DNA of 64,000 nucleotides from Felis catus (lineage: Eukaryota), in contig NC_058368.1 of assembly GCF_018350175.1 (NCBI RefSeq), forward strand, positions 57,848,001-57,912,000, written 5' to 3'. Position numbers and translations under genes: made by a program. Below the pieces are notes generated by a model. That model ran no database searches and was not told the origin of the DNA. It saw only the letters and a list, made by a program, of their open reading frames with translations. Of the stretch, positions 39,273 to 52,670 are shown piece by piece (position 1 is the first letter of the stretch; every line of letters begins with the position of its first letter).

Positions 39273-40391
39273 ATAAAACATAACTCATTTATAAAAACAG
39301 TTACTACATGATAAAAACTGTTTTTTTTAGAACTTGAGTGTCCCTTATTTGAAAAAGATGAGTCCAAACATATACCACATTTTTTTCAAAACCAAAAATA
39401 TTGTTAAAATCAAAAGATAATAAAAGAAAGCAGTTGGATAATAATATAAATTGATCCCAGAGAAGTTTAACGAAAATATAATTTATTTACTTAATACTTG
39501 CCTTAGCTAATTATTTGCCTTTTTTCTCCCCCTATATTGCTATAATTATTTTACAATGTAATGTGAATGGTCTAGATTTTCATACACCATCCTTGCTGAA
39601 GATAGAACAAAATAATCAAATCTGTGTATGCTTGGCAGCTAATAAGCTGTTACAATGATAAAAGTACATTAAGAAAATAATGATTATCACACCATTCCAT
39701 ACACATGATAAAAAAACTACCTTCATTTTTATGTTTAAAAACCATAAACTCTTTTCATTATAACACCTTTGAAAATTCTTAAAAATGGAAGTTCATTGGC
39801 TCACTGTTGAAACCAAAGTATATTCCTAATAGGCTAATAAGTTAACATAAGTATTTATTCAAAATGGGAATCATTAAAGATCATTGCACAGTGTTTAGAT
39901 GATACCAGATAATGGTTATAAATGTTCACCAATTAAACAAACTAGACTGCAGGTTGCTTATTCAAAATTGCCTACATGCATAATTCAGGGGACATTGTAA
40001 AGGCTACTGTGAACAATAAAAAGAGCATTCCTATCTGTAGTCTTAAAACCTCTTCTGTTTCTAATTTAACTTCATACATGCCTCAGTATCTTTCTGGTAG
40101 AGGGTAGAGAGCATTAATATTAATACAATTACCAAAATTTTCTGGATCTTATGGGACAGCTTACAGAAAACACACTTCAGTACAAAATCTTACCACATTA
40201 GGCCTGAGAGTTCTTCTGGCATGTCTCATGTGCCATGGTCTTCATTTCTTGCTTTAGCTGAACTCTTCTCTGCCATGTGCTTGTGCTGCTATTTACTGAT
40301 ATGTCACCAGGACTTGTGAATACAGTAATATAAATATTGGTGTCATATAAATGGTACCAATGTTTCAGAAACTGGAGTTATGTACTTTAAA

Positions 40392-40601
40392 ATTTTTTCA
40401 ACGTTTATTTATTTTTGGGACAGAGAGAGACAGAGCATGAACGGGGGAGGGGCAGAGAGAGAGGGAGACACAGAATCGGAAACAGGCTCCAGGCTCTGAG
40501 CCATCAGCCCAGAGCCCGACGCGGGGCTCGAACTCCCGGACCGTGAGATCGTGACCTGGCTGAAGTCGGACGCTTAACCGACTGCGCCACCCAGGCGCCC
40601 C
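40392..40601 (-). mobile_element. Young felid Can-SINE (SINEC_Fc-type)
   Basis: CpG-rich; TSD CTGGAGTTATGTA(C/A)TTTAAA. Confidence 0.98.
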
Positions 40602-41029
40602 CTGGAGTTATGTAATTTAAATAAGTGAAATGAAAGCCCATTTTCTCCATCACTAAACACTCTGGATCATGCTAAAAGCAAATTTATAATTTACGATAGA
40701 GAGTGAATTAGTTTATCAGAAAATACCCTAATGTTTAGCCATCATCTCTATTTTTATTTCTTCTTTCTCTAATTCCTCCATTATATCTATCCTTCCCTCT
40801 CTCCTCCCTGCCTTCTTTATTCCTTCTCTTCTTCTTTCCTTTCTATTTTAATATATTGCTCTTTCTGTTTATGTTGGTATTAGAATGTCATCCTACTTCA
40901 ACTCTCCTCAGTTCTCAGTTCCCTTCTCTAAACATTGAACAGATTTTTTCCCAAGAGGCATATTTTGAATTAAGTAGTTTATTGGAATTAAGAGTTTATT
41001 CTGACATATTTTACTGATATTACAGGACA

Positions 41030-41182
41030 GAACAGGGTTACAAAAACCACATTGCTTTAATTGAAAAATATAAGTCAAATGAAGAAAATTTTGAAGAGAA
41101 AACAGTAATCTGGTGGTCAGGAAAAGTAAGGACTAAGAATTGACCCATGACTTAAGCAACATTTATGTTATTGTCAACAAAG

Positions 41183-41214
<32 letters not shown>

Positions 41215-42455
41215 ATTTTAACATGAAACAAATAACTTCATCTGAAGTTTGAAGGAAAGGATACAGTTGAATGGGAAAAAAGTAGAGAGAGAGTTGAGGG
41301 GCGTAGATTTAGAGATTAAATTACCAGAGTGATATGAAAACACAAAGAAAGATGGTTCTATAAACAAGAAGACATAATGGTCCTAAATAAGAAGAGAGAT
41401 GGGTTATCTTTAAATATAGGAAGAAAATAATATGGTTAATGATGCTGAAAGAGGAGTGAATTTTTTCCTCAATAAAAAAAGAATGCCAGTAAGTAAAGGA
41501 AAAGTGTGATTACTCAAAACAATGAAGAAGGTGGGAGGTCCTTACACAAATGGGGAGAGGGGAGAATATATAAGGCTTCTAGAAGAATAAGATACTAAAC
41601 AGATTATGAAACACTAATATGCTTACTGGGCAGCATTTAGGGCCCTCTTGAGATTAGTGGCCATGGATCCAAGTAAAACCAGTTAATCTTTTATCAACAT
41701 TGGAGTTTTCCCAAGAGACTCAGAAGAAATAGAAGGCACTCTATTTGAAATTATATGTAGAAAACTGGTTATAACATTCTAACAAATAATTTAAGCTAGA
41801 TAAAGATAAAAATGTAGAAATGAAGATAGCTAAAATTAGTGAAACATTGTGAGATAAATGAATTTTACATTCTTGCTGTGAGCAGAAATCTAAGGATTAT
41901 TTACTTGCATTATTCTGTAGATCAGAGTAGAAAGATATTGATACTGAAATAATGGATGAGCTGAAGTTATTTTTAATTCTATATTACCACTATGGGAATG
42001 GGTGGCTAATGTTAGATAGCATATTGAAAGATATGAGGTCAAGGAATGGGAAGTCAAGAGTATTGGAAGGAAGGACAGATAAATGCATATTGAACTCACT
42101 CAGATATATAAATAAGAGTAGTGTTATAGAGTTAGCAGACATCTAGGAGTTAAAATATTGACTGAATGAAGGCAGTTAACCTGGGGATTCTACAGGTGAC
42201 AATAATAATCAGGAATATTGGGTCCTATGGTATGCTGACATGTGACTCAATGTTGAGAATGTTTAATGGAAAAAGAAAAATATATTTGAAACTAGCAAGA
42301 GGACACCTACTTCATTTCTTAGCCCAATCATATAAAAAGTGTGCAGAGAAAGTAACTAAGAGTTTTGAGAAAAGGAGAAGACATGTTCCCAGGGGAGAGC
42401 CAGCAATCAGATCAATAGATCAAAGGAGGCATTTAGAACATAAGTTCAGAAAATA
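41030..42455 (-). mobile_element. L2 LINE relic containing (GT)n at about 41184-41213
   Basis: Purine-rich antisense L2-like motifs such as GTAAGGACTAAGAATTGACC; boundaries approximate. Confidence 0.55.
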
Positions 42456-42882
42456 GGTGAAAATTCGTGTCTGGTGTTCTCACTATAAGCATCCGGGCCA
42501 TAAGATCTTTGCTACAAGGATTTTTGTCACAAACAATGTTGCTGCAAAACTAATTGGCCTTAGGTCAATTTTGCTATAATAGACAAAATCATGAAAAATA
42601 AAAGGAGACATTCATTAAAAAAGGACATAAAGAGACATGAAAAATAAATAGCAAAATTAAAAGTATTTTATTGAGAAATATAAAATATTTGAATACTTTC
42701 AAAACATGTAGTGTAGATTCACAGCCACATTGTACCAATATTATTTTGTGGATTATATCTATGCACTTATCTTTGAAGTCTTTCATTCCTAGCATTGTAT
42801 TTTTCTTTTTCTTTGTTGATCTGTCTCCTCATTTGCCATCAGACTTTTCTTTTTATAGCTCAAATATTTTCCCTCATTAACA

Positions 42883-44295
42883 GAGGTATCAGAAAAAGGA
42901 TATAAACCATATAGTCATTTCAAAAGGTACACAGAAAGCATTTGACAAAGTACCACATCCATTCATGATAAAAACCTTCAATAATATAGGTTTAGAGGAA
43001 ACATACCTCAACATAGTAAAAGTTATATTTGAAAAACCCACAGCTAATATCATAGTCGATGGGGAAAAACTTAGAGCCTTTCCCCTCAGGTCAAGAACAA
43101 GACAAGGATGACCACTCTCATCACTTTTATTGATTATAATACAGGAAGTCCTCCTAGACATAGCAATCAGACAAGAAAAATCAATAAAAGGCATCCAAAT
43201 TGGAAAATAAGTAAAACTGTCACAATTTAAAGTGACATTATGCTAGAGAAAACCCTAAAGATGCCACCAAAAAACATTAGAACTGATAAATGAATTCTGT
43301 AAGGTTGTAAGATACAAAAGCAATGTGCAGAAATCCGTTGCACACTAATAATGAAGTAGCACAAAGAGCAATTATGAAAGCAATCCCTTTTACAACTGCC
43401 TCAAAAAGAATAAAATACTCAGAAAAAACTTAATCAAGGAGGTGAAAGACCTGTACTCTGAACACTATAAAACACTGATGCAATTAATAGAAATGGAAAG
43501 ATATTTCATGCTCATGGTTTGGAAGAACAAATATTGTTAAATGTACATGGTACTTAAAAGCAGTCTAAAGGTTTAATGCAATCCCTATCAAAATCCCAAC
43601 AACATTTTCACAGAACTAGAACATATAATCCTAAATTTTATATGGAATCACAAAAGACCCCAAATAGCCAAAACAATATTGAAAAAGAAAAACAAAGCTA
43701 GGGACATCACAATTCAGATTTCAAGCTCTATTACAAACCTGTACTAATCAAAACAGTATGGTACTGGCATAAAAATAGACCCATAGGTCAATATAACAGG
43801 ATAAAAGCTAAGAAATGAACCCACAATTATATGGTCAATTAATCTTCAACAAAAGAGATAATATGCAATGGAAAAAATCTCTTCAGTAAATGGTGTTGGG
43901 AAAACTGAACAGCTACATGCAAAAGAATGGAACTGAACTACTTTCCTACAGTATACACAAAAAATAAAGTCTAAATGGATTAAAGACCTAAATGTGAGAC
44001 CTAAAACCCTAAGAATCCTAAAAGAGAGCACAAACAGTAATTTCTTTGACATTGGCCATAGCAACATTTTTCTAGATATGTCTCCAGAGGCAAAGAAAGC
44101 AAAATAAAAAATAAACTATTGGGAATACATAAAAATAAAAAGCTTCTGCACAGAGAAGGAAACAATTAACAAAACTAAAAGGCAACCAACTGAATGAGAG
44201 AAGATATTTGCAAATGACATATCCAATAAAGGGTTAGTATGTAAAATATATGAAGAACTTATATGACTAATACAACAACAAAATTAAAAAAAAAT
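42883..44295 (+). mobile_element. L1 ORF2 internal fragment (RT domain to near the C-terminus), no 3'UTR
   Basis: AGAAAGCATTTGACAAA (KAFDK), AACCCACAGCTAATATCATA, GAACAAGACAAGGATG; ends after GAGAAGATATTTGCAAATGAC. Confidence 0.95.
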
Positions 44296-47200
44296 CTTAT
44301 GTAGGATGTTCTTTAACCTCCCTGCATCTGGAGGCTTCAAATTTTTTCTTGTGGTTGATTTCAAGTTTCATAGCATTGTGATCAGAAAATATGCATGGTA
44401 TGATCTCAACTGTTTTATATTCATTGAGGGTTGTTTTGTGACCCAGTATGTGATTGATTTTGGAGAATGTTCCATAATGTTCTCAGAAAGAATACATATT
44501 CTGCTGCTTTGGGATGAAAATTTCTGAATATATCTATCAAGTCCATCTGGTCTAGTATATCATTCAGGGCCATTGTTTCTTTATTGATTTTCTGACTATA
44601 TGATCTGTCCATTGTTGTAAGTGGAGTATTAAAGTCACTTACAATTACCCTATTATTATCCATAAGATTGCTTATGTTTGTGATTGATTTATATATTTGG
44701 GTTTTCTCAAGTTGGGGGTATAAACATTTACAATTGTTAGTTCTTCTTGATGGATAGACCCCTTAATTATGATTAATGCCCTTCCTCATCTCTTGTTATA
44801 GTCTTTAGTTTGAAATGTAGTTTGTCTGATATAGGTATGACTACTCCAGCTTTCTTTTAACTTCCAGTACTGTGTTAGATGGTTCTCCATCCCCTCACTT
44901 TCAATCTGAAGGTGTTCTCAGGTCTAAAATGAGTCTCTTGTAGACAGAAATTAGATGGATCTTGGTTTTTTATCCATTCTGATACTCTATGTCTTTTGAT
45001 TGGGGCAATTAGTCCCCATATTATTCAAAAATATGGATTTAGTGTTATTCTGTTATCTGTAGGTATCATGTTGTGGTGATGTTTATGATCCTTTGTAGTC
45101 TTTGCAGCATTCCACTCACCAAGTCACCCTTAGGATCTTTTGCAGGGTTGGTTTAATGGTCATGAACTCCTTCAGGATTTGTTTGTCTGAGAAAGCCTGT
45201 AGCTCTCCTTCTATTCTGAATGACAGCCTTGCTGAATAAAAGATTATTGGCTGCATATTTTTCCTATTCAGCACATTAAATACTTATGCCACTATCTTCT
45301 GGCCTGACAAGTTTCAGTGGACAGTTCTGCTACGACCCTTTTGTGTCTACTTTTGTAGGTTAAGGCCTGTTTGTCCCTAGCTGTTTCAGAAATCTCTCTT
45401 TATCTTCATATTTTTCCAGTTTTGCTATGATATACTATGGTGATGACCTATTCTTGTTTATTTTGAAAGGAGTTCTCTGTGCCTCCTGGATTTGGATGTC
45501 TGCTTCCTTCCCCAGATTAGGGTAGTTCTCAGCTCTAATTTGTTCAAATAAACCTTCTGCCCCTTTCTCTCTCCTATGCTTCTGGAACTCCTATGGCACA
45601 GATATTATTACATTTCATTGAACCACCTAGGTCTCTAATTCTCCTCTTCTGGTCTTCTAGTATTTCTTATCTTTTTCTCAGCTTCATCATTTTCCATAAT
45701 TTTATCTTCTGTTTCACTTAATCTCCCCTGTGCCTCCTCCAACTGTGTTGTCACTGCATCTAGTTTATTTTGCATTTACAACATTTCTTAATTTGTTGTG
45801 ACTATTTCTTAGGTCCCTGATCTCTGCAGCAATAGATTCTCTATTGTCTTCTATGCTTTGTTTCAAGCCCAGCTATTCAGCTTATGACTATTATTCTAAA
45901 TTCTTGATCAGGTATATTGTTTATATGTGTTTTGGGCAATTCTCTGGCTGTCATTTCTTCCTTAAGTTTCTTTTGAGGAGGATTTTTCCAATTCATCATT
46001 TTGGCTAGTTTTCTGTTCTTTATGTGTTTTAACAGCTTGCTATGTGTCCTGAACCTGCAAGCACTGCTATATTAAAAAGGGATAATACATTGTCCAGTGC
46101 CTGGCCCTTCAGGAGGTATTTTTGGAGTGTGTTGCATGCCCTCTGTTGCCGTGACTCTGGTTGCTTTATCTCCCTACTCGTAATGGTGGTTCAGACCTTC
46201 TACCAGGTGTGCTTTGATTTGTTTGTTGAAATAGCTCCTGAAAAGATTTAAAAGGGGGGGTGGTGGCGGAAGAAACTTTATCCAATATAAAGAGAAAAAT
46301 GACAGGGGTGGGGAAAAATAGAACAAACAAAAAACAATTGGCCAGGCAGAGAATCAGAAAAAGTATAGGGTTTAATCCAGAGAGACAGAGAGAGAGAGGG
46401 GAAAATAAAGAAGAAGGAGATACAGAAGAGGTATAAAAAGAATAGATTAAAAATGTCTGTTTAAACAAACCAACAACCAGAATAGAGAAGGGAAGAAATA
46501 AGGGGGGTGGGGGGAGTGGTAAGAATTGACCAAGAATCAAATCAGAAAATGCAAAATCACTGCACTGATACCTGATGGTGCCTTGAAACCCGTGGCTGTG
46601 CTGGTCTGGAGGTGGGGTTGTCTGGTTTGGTCACTGTCAACCTCGATCCTATAGATATTCAGTTACCAGGCAGTATGTGGGCAGGGTTTGGTGTAAGTAG
46701 GTCCCGCCTCTGCTGTGGGCCTGCTGTCCTATTCCCTGAAGCCCCATCTTGTTGGTGATGGGAAGGAAAATGGTGCCATCCCAGTCTCTCCTCCCTGGAC
46801 TGGGTGTCCCAAACCACTGTTCCATCAGACCTGAACAGGAGTGATCGGGCTGGTTTGTCTTGCTCTACAGTCTCCAGTGCCTCTCATGCACCTGGCTTGG
46901 ATTCAAAGCCTGATGTTTTAAAGGATCCTGCTTTGAGAGCTCTGGTTCTGGGGTAGCAGCACTCCTCCCAGCCAACAAAGGGCCTCTGGCTGATGGGCAC
47001 CTGCAGCATCTTTTGTCCTTGAAATGGCTATATACCTTCTTCCCACAGCACTTGAGGGAGGAGACTACTGTCCCAAGGGAGCTCACTACTGAGCCTGGGG
47101 CTAGCTCCCCTTACCACCCAGGTGTGTGAACAGGGTGGCTGGCCCCAGTACGGAGAAAGTCCTGCAACCCTGGATCATTACTCCTAACTAAGGCTATTTG

Positions 47201-47554
47201 AAAGTTAGGAATTGGCCTTCTCTCCATTTTTTTCCATTCCTCGGTCCATGGCCCGAAGAGGTTTTTCTCTTGTCAAAATATAATAGGCATATAGCCTCTC
47301 TTTCTCTTCCTTTTGTCTCTCCACAGAGAGGGATCCCTCTCCTCTGTACCTATGCTGCCCGTTTTATCTCTCCTAATTCACAATCATGCACCTATGGCCC
47401 GCCAAGCTGTCCCCATGGGCCCCTGGAGATGTTTCTGTCACTCTGTAGCTCAGATTCCTGGAATTCCAAGTCTTCCGGCCTCAATAATGCTGTGTTTGAG
47501 AGACGAGGGACCTTCGGCCCCCCCTATTTCTCTGCCAGGTTGACCCTGCTCCTC
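44296..47554 (-). mobile_element. Carnivore L1 5' half: 5'UTR, decayed ORF1 and ORF2 endonuclease; no 3' half
   Basis: ORF 44421-44663 gives VIVSDFNTPLTTMDRS. ORF1 starts ATG ATG AAT TGG AAA AAT CCT CCT CAA AAG at about 45999. GC-richer 5'UTR runs to about 47554. Confidence 0.93.
45110..45999 (-). pseudogene. Decayed L1 ORF1
   Basis: Lies between the 5'UTR and ORF2; no long open frame remains. Confidence 0.8.
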
Positions 47555-48798
47555 TTGATAAACTTTACCTTGTGGTATTAGGAGATATGAGTGTCTTGCT
47601 GAGAGAACCCTTTGTCCTAGACCTTCTTATTGACTCCATACTGGTAGATGTATGAACACCAGAGGAGTAATAATGGAGGTTAATTGGGGAGTATAAGGCT
47701 CTTAACATTCCACTTAATGGAGAAGGAGAAGAAAATAGTTGGTATGGTACCGTTAATCAACTGATATAAGAAAATGGAAAAGAAAATATAGCTAATGCAT
47801 TCACACTCTGACTTGGTAACTTTTCAGTGATAATATTCACGCTAAACATTATCTAAATTCAAGAAAGAAGGAGGGGGCGAAGGAGAGCAAGAAAAAGTTC
47901 TATGGGAATTTGCTGTAAGTGGGAGCAGTAAAGTAGAATAAGAACTGGAGATACATGTGATTCATGTATATGAATATAACCTCTGTATTATAATGAGATA
48001 TATAATCCAAACTATTTTTTTTCATAAGACAGAGACCACTGTTTCATTTGCTTGCCTACGAAAATTAAGTACAAACATTTAAAATCTTCTGTACCGTAGT
48101 TATAATGTGATAATGACATTTCATAACATGTTAAATAACTAGGTTTCTCTGTATAGAACAGAAAAGATATGAAGATTAATATCATTTGAATATGAATATC
48201 TAAAACTCACATTTCTCCAGTTAATACGTTTAGGAAAGAAGAAAAGAAGATAAACTATTAACATAGACATTCTTAGGTTTTCTGCTGTTTGTGATAGTTG
48301 CTGCTGTCACTACATATTTTTTATGAATTTTCTACCTTAGTAGCAACATTATTTTTATATGTGTATCAGAATGTAGATTTCTGCAAAAAAATTCCAAAGC
48401 ATAAATGGGCATAATTTTATTTAACTAAAAACAGTGAAATTTTTATATTCTCACCTTTCACACTGAGATAGTCATCTCTTCTACCTTCTGCTGATGGGAT
48501 TTGCTCACATGAATTTCAAAACCTGCTGTCTTTTTTATCTACTAGTTAAGTTAGGAAGAGGATTCTTATATTATATTAAAGGTAAGTCATGCAACTCCAT
48601 TTCACATCCCATAATTATATAGAATTTTATATAAAATTGAGGAGTTTAGAGAATCACGATTATGGAGAAAACCGTAATTGGTTTAAATATATTTTCTACT
48701 CTTCTCTCATATTCAGCAAGCATCAAAAGTTCTATAAATGAGGTCGCAGTGATGATTTCAAATAATTTCCAAAATTTGGCTATCAGACATATGTGTTT

Positions 48799-49014
48799 TA
48801 CATTTTTTTTATGTTTACTCAATTTTGAAAGACAGAGAGAGACAGAGCACAAGCAGGTGTGGGGCGGAGAGAGAGGGGGACACAGAATCTGAAGCAGGCT
48901 CCAGGCTCTGAGCTGTCAGCATAGAGCCCGATGCGGGGCTCCAACTCACGAACCTCGAGATCATGACCTGACCCAAAGTCGGACGCTCAACCAACTGAGC
49001 CACCCAGGTGCCTC
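48799..49014 (-). mobile_element. Can-SINE, feliform type
   Basis: Perfect 16-bp TSD TCAGACATATGTGTTT. Confidence 0.97.
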
Positions 49015-49589
49015 TCAGACATATGTGTTTCAAAGGCAAGATACAATAATAAAAAAAGAAGGAATTAAGGCAACATTTTGTGCTTGCCCTGTAGGCTGTA
49101 TAGATTGTAATTTGTAATGTATTGGATTTCACATTCCTAACCTTGAACTGAGAAACAATGCAAAATGAAAAATGAAGTTTGGCATGCACATTCCTTTTTT
49201 TTTTTCCAGATAACGTACATCTTCAGAGATTTTTACAAAAAGAGGTATTTTGTTCTCTATACACTTTATGTTTGTTCTCTCGTTCTCAGTTATTTTTCAG
49301 TTCTGTATCTTCTTTAGTTCTCATTTTTCTTGTGGTAACTTGCAAGAATATTTTTCTGCCATTAAAAATATATATAAAGTTTTATACTATAAAAAAATCG
49401 CACTTTTCTTACAAGGATGATGCCTCTGGCAATAACATACATCTATATTTTGAGAATGTTTTTTAAAAATTCTGTAATGTTGAGAAGTCTTTGTTTTAGT
49501 ATGCTTAGTGTCTTGAAGTGACTTATAAATTGTCTCTAAAGTTGAAAATAAAACTAAATGTATAATAAATTTTTATCAAGGTTTCAGTA

Positions 49590-49800
49590 GTAGCCCTTTA
49601 GCATACAAATGTGCTTTAAATTCCAGCTCTACAAGTATCTAAGTCTTTATTCTTTGGCAAGTTATTTTTCTTCTGTGTCTTTTCATGTTCTCCTTAATAA
49701 AATACGGATGATAACACCTATCCCAGTGAATTATCGCAAAGATTTAATGAAATAATAGAGGTAAATTACATGTGACAGGTTTTGTTACATAATGAGCATT
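49590..49800 (+). mobile_element. MIR relic
   Basis: TTTAAATTCCAGCTCTAC...TTGGCAAGTTATTT...AAAATACGGATGATAACACCTA. Confidence 0.55.
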
Positions 49801-50127
49801 TTGGAAGTACATTCACTTTTAACAGAAAGAATAGATGCTAAATTAAAACAAAATGATCTTAAGAAGGCAAGACAGGATTAGATATATATGATTAAAAGTT
49901 ATATGTCCATATCACCAATTCAGTTATATCTGAATGGGTTTTTATTTGAAATTAATCCTTTAGGAGACTAATCAAAAATTCTACCAGAGTATTATTTTAA
50001 TAAAATGTCCAGTGAGCCTAAAATGTTCAAGATGAGTCTTTTTCCTAAGCAAAGGTTGACTTTACACCCCAAATACCAAGAGACATTAATTTCTGATGAC
50101 ACAGAAAAGTATGAAACACCATAAATT

Positions 50128-50400
50128 TGTTTATTTAATAGACATATCCAAGAACTTATTATATGCTAGGTATTATGTTATATATTGGGTATATATTGGT
50201 GAATGAAATAGTCATAGTCTGTTCCCTTAATAAAATATAGTTAGATGGCACTCATGATGGAGAGACAGATAAAAAGCATGTAAAACAACAAAAATCAATG
50301 TCACTGAAAAGTATTATAAGTGCTCTGATTAAAAATGGAAGATGCTGAGGTAAAGATTAATAGGATCAGAGATGGCAAGGCTTCTTAGAGTTTTCAAGGT
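50128..50400 (-). mobile_element. L2 3' end relic
   Basis: TTATTATATGCTAGGTATTATG...GTGAATGAAATAGTCATAGTCTGTTCCCT. Confidence 0.6.
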
Positions 50401-51043
50401 AGACAGAGGTCAATGAGAAATATGAGGTAAGTCCAGAAACCCTTACCTCATCAGAACTTGGGGAGCCCAAGAATACTGTCTGTGATAGGCTCCAAGCTCT
50501 GTGGAGGAGGCTTCACAGCAGCTCTGTACAAGTCTCCCATCTTCTTGTGTTCTTTCTGGAACACACTGATCACAATGCATTTTGCCAAGACTCAAATTAG
50601 CAGTGGTTCAAATCTTTGCCTTGGTGACCTATTTAGATGTATATAAGATCAGCGGGGCTCCATGGTAGTGCTTCAGCCTTATGGACAGCATATATACTGG
50701 GATCCTATATGCAAGCATTGTGTGAGGTCTGATCCAGCAATATTTCAAGACATTTTGAAAGTGCTTCTCTCAATGGTTTCTTTGAGTCCATTTTCCTAGT
50801 ACCTCCAGGCTATTCCCTCCAATTCCAACCCATCTCACAACATTACTAGAGGCCTTCCTCTGTGTTCTTCTCCTAATCACTTTCCTCATAAAGTGTCCCT
50901 TGTTTGTATCATAATAGACTCAGATAGCTGTCTAGGAAAAAAAAAAAAAAAAAGGAATGACCCATTAAAACTAAAAAAAACAAACAAAAACTTTTATGAG
51001 ATTAGCAACTGGAAAGATTGATATGATTTTGTTAACAGTTTTT

Positions 51044-51221
51044 ATTTTTTAAAGTTTATTTATTTTGAGAGATTTGGGAGGAGCAGAAAAAGAGGGAGAG
51101 AGAATCCCAAGCAGGCTCCATGCTGTCAGTGTGGGACTGGACCCTAGAAACCATGAGATCATGACCTCAGCCAAAATTAAGAGTCAGATGCTTAACCTAC
51201 TGAGCCACCCTGGGGTCACTC
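51044..51221 (-). mobile_element. Can-SINE
   Basis: Perfect TSD GTTAACAGTTTTT. Confidence 0.93.
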
Positions 51222-51750
51222 GTTAACAGTTTTTGTAAACAACTTGAAGAAAGAAGGTTTTTGTCTGATCATTCTTTTATTCTCTAAAATTTGTATCATA
51301 TTTACCACAGTAAAGGAAAAGGAAGAAGAAGAGAAAAAAGAGAAAAGAGGAAAAGAAGAGAAGAAAGAAAGCAAAGGGAAAGGAAACTGCTTCATCAGTG
51401 TGTTAAAATATATCATATCTATCTATTTATCTATCTATCTATATATATATATATATCAAAGCAGCATACCCTTCCACATATGTGTTTAGTCATGGAATCG
51501 GTAATGGGTAATGCGTTCATCAGAGGATGAACAGGCTGAGGGGAAAGGAGAAACCAAAAAGAATTCACCTTTCTGATTTAAACATTGATTTGACTACCTT
51601 GTCAATGACTCATTTATGCCGGGGATATTTATTTTTTCTTCACTATATGGCAGGTGCTGTTGTACATACTAGAAAGACAAGAGTGAATAATATAGGCAGA
51701 AATTCAGATCAGCAACTTGAATTAGCAACTTAAAATTTGAGAAAGAACAG

Positions 51751-51896
51751 GGGCGCCTGGGTGGAGCAGTTGAGTGACCAACTCTTGATTCTGGCTCAGC
51801 TCATGATCTCAGGGTTGTGAGATGGAGCCCTGCCTCAGGCTGAAGGTAGAACCTGGTTGGGATTCTCTCTCTCCCTCTCTTTCTCTGCTCCTTCCC
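51751..51896 (+). mobile_element. Can-SINE lacking its A tail
   Basis: TSD TGAGAA(A/G)GAACAG abuts the truncated body. Confidence 0.92.
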
Positions 51897-52503
51897 TGAG
51901 AAGGAACAGTTTTAGGAGTCAGCTTTTAGAAGTTTATTTTGTGATTCTAAGAATCTTAAGACATCCAAGTGATTTGAGATCAGAAGTTGGGTATGTGGCT
52001 GGCACAGAAATGGAGTAATTTCTTTGGCTCTGCCATTCTGCCTCTAGTTTTTTAACTCTGTTAAACATAAATGACTTAAAGAGATAATGGCAGGAGGTGG
52101 ATATCCTTAGGCAATTTGCTAAATTATTTATTCCTTACCTACTTTTGTTCGAAGCTTATTTTTCTCATGACTCTGCGATCTTGGTTGCTCTGAAATTGAT
52201 CTTTAGCAATTCAGCTCAGGCATTTAGTGTTGATTTATATATATATATCAACTTATATATATTTAAACTTTGCTTTACTTAAAATACTACATCTTGAATT
52301 GTTTTCACCTTAATGGACCATGACTTCACCAGATATTTGCCCTGGAACCCTCCACTTAATGTGAGTAGAATTCAGAAAGCTTAGGTTTTCAGCTCAGCTG
52401 AAAAGGGAAATACCAAAGAGAAGTGTTTTTTTTTTTTCTCGTTGTTATACTTTCCATATTTATTTCTTCTAATAACTAACTTCTTATTTACACTCTCTTT
52501 CTC

Positions 52504-52670
52504 CAGTGGTTCTCAAAAGTGGAATGGGATGTACTGTGGATTCTTGCAGGGATAAGGGTACTCTAATAGCACTTAGTGGGCAGAACCCAGGATGCTAAAT
52601 ACTTTGGATTGGTGGAAGCATCTTCAACAAAGTACTGTCTTATCTGCAAATCTACTAACATTGTAAAATA
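52504..52670 (+). mobile_element. hAT-Charlie MITE relic (MER20-like)
   Basis: CAGTGGTTCTCAAA start and TAGTGGGCAGAACCCAGGATGCTAAA. Confidence 0.5.

Noticed and set aside
46560..47554. GC-richer region as a host-gene promoter or CpG island
   Set aside because: It is the CpG-depleted L1 5'UTR
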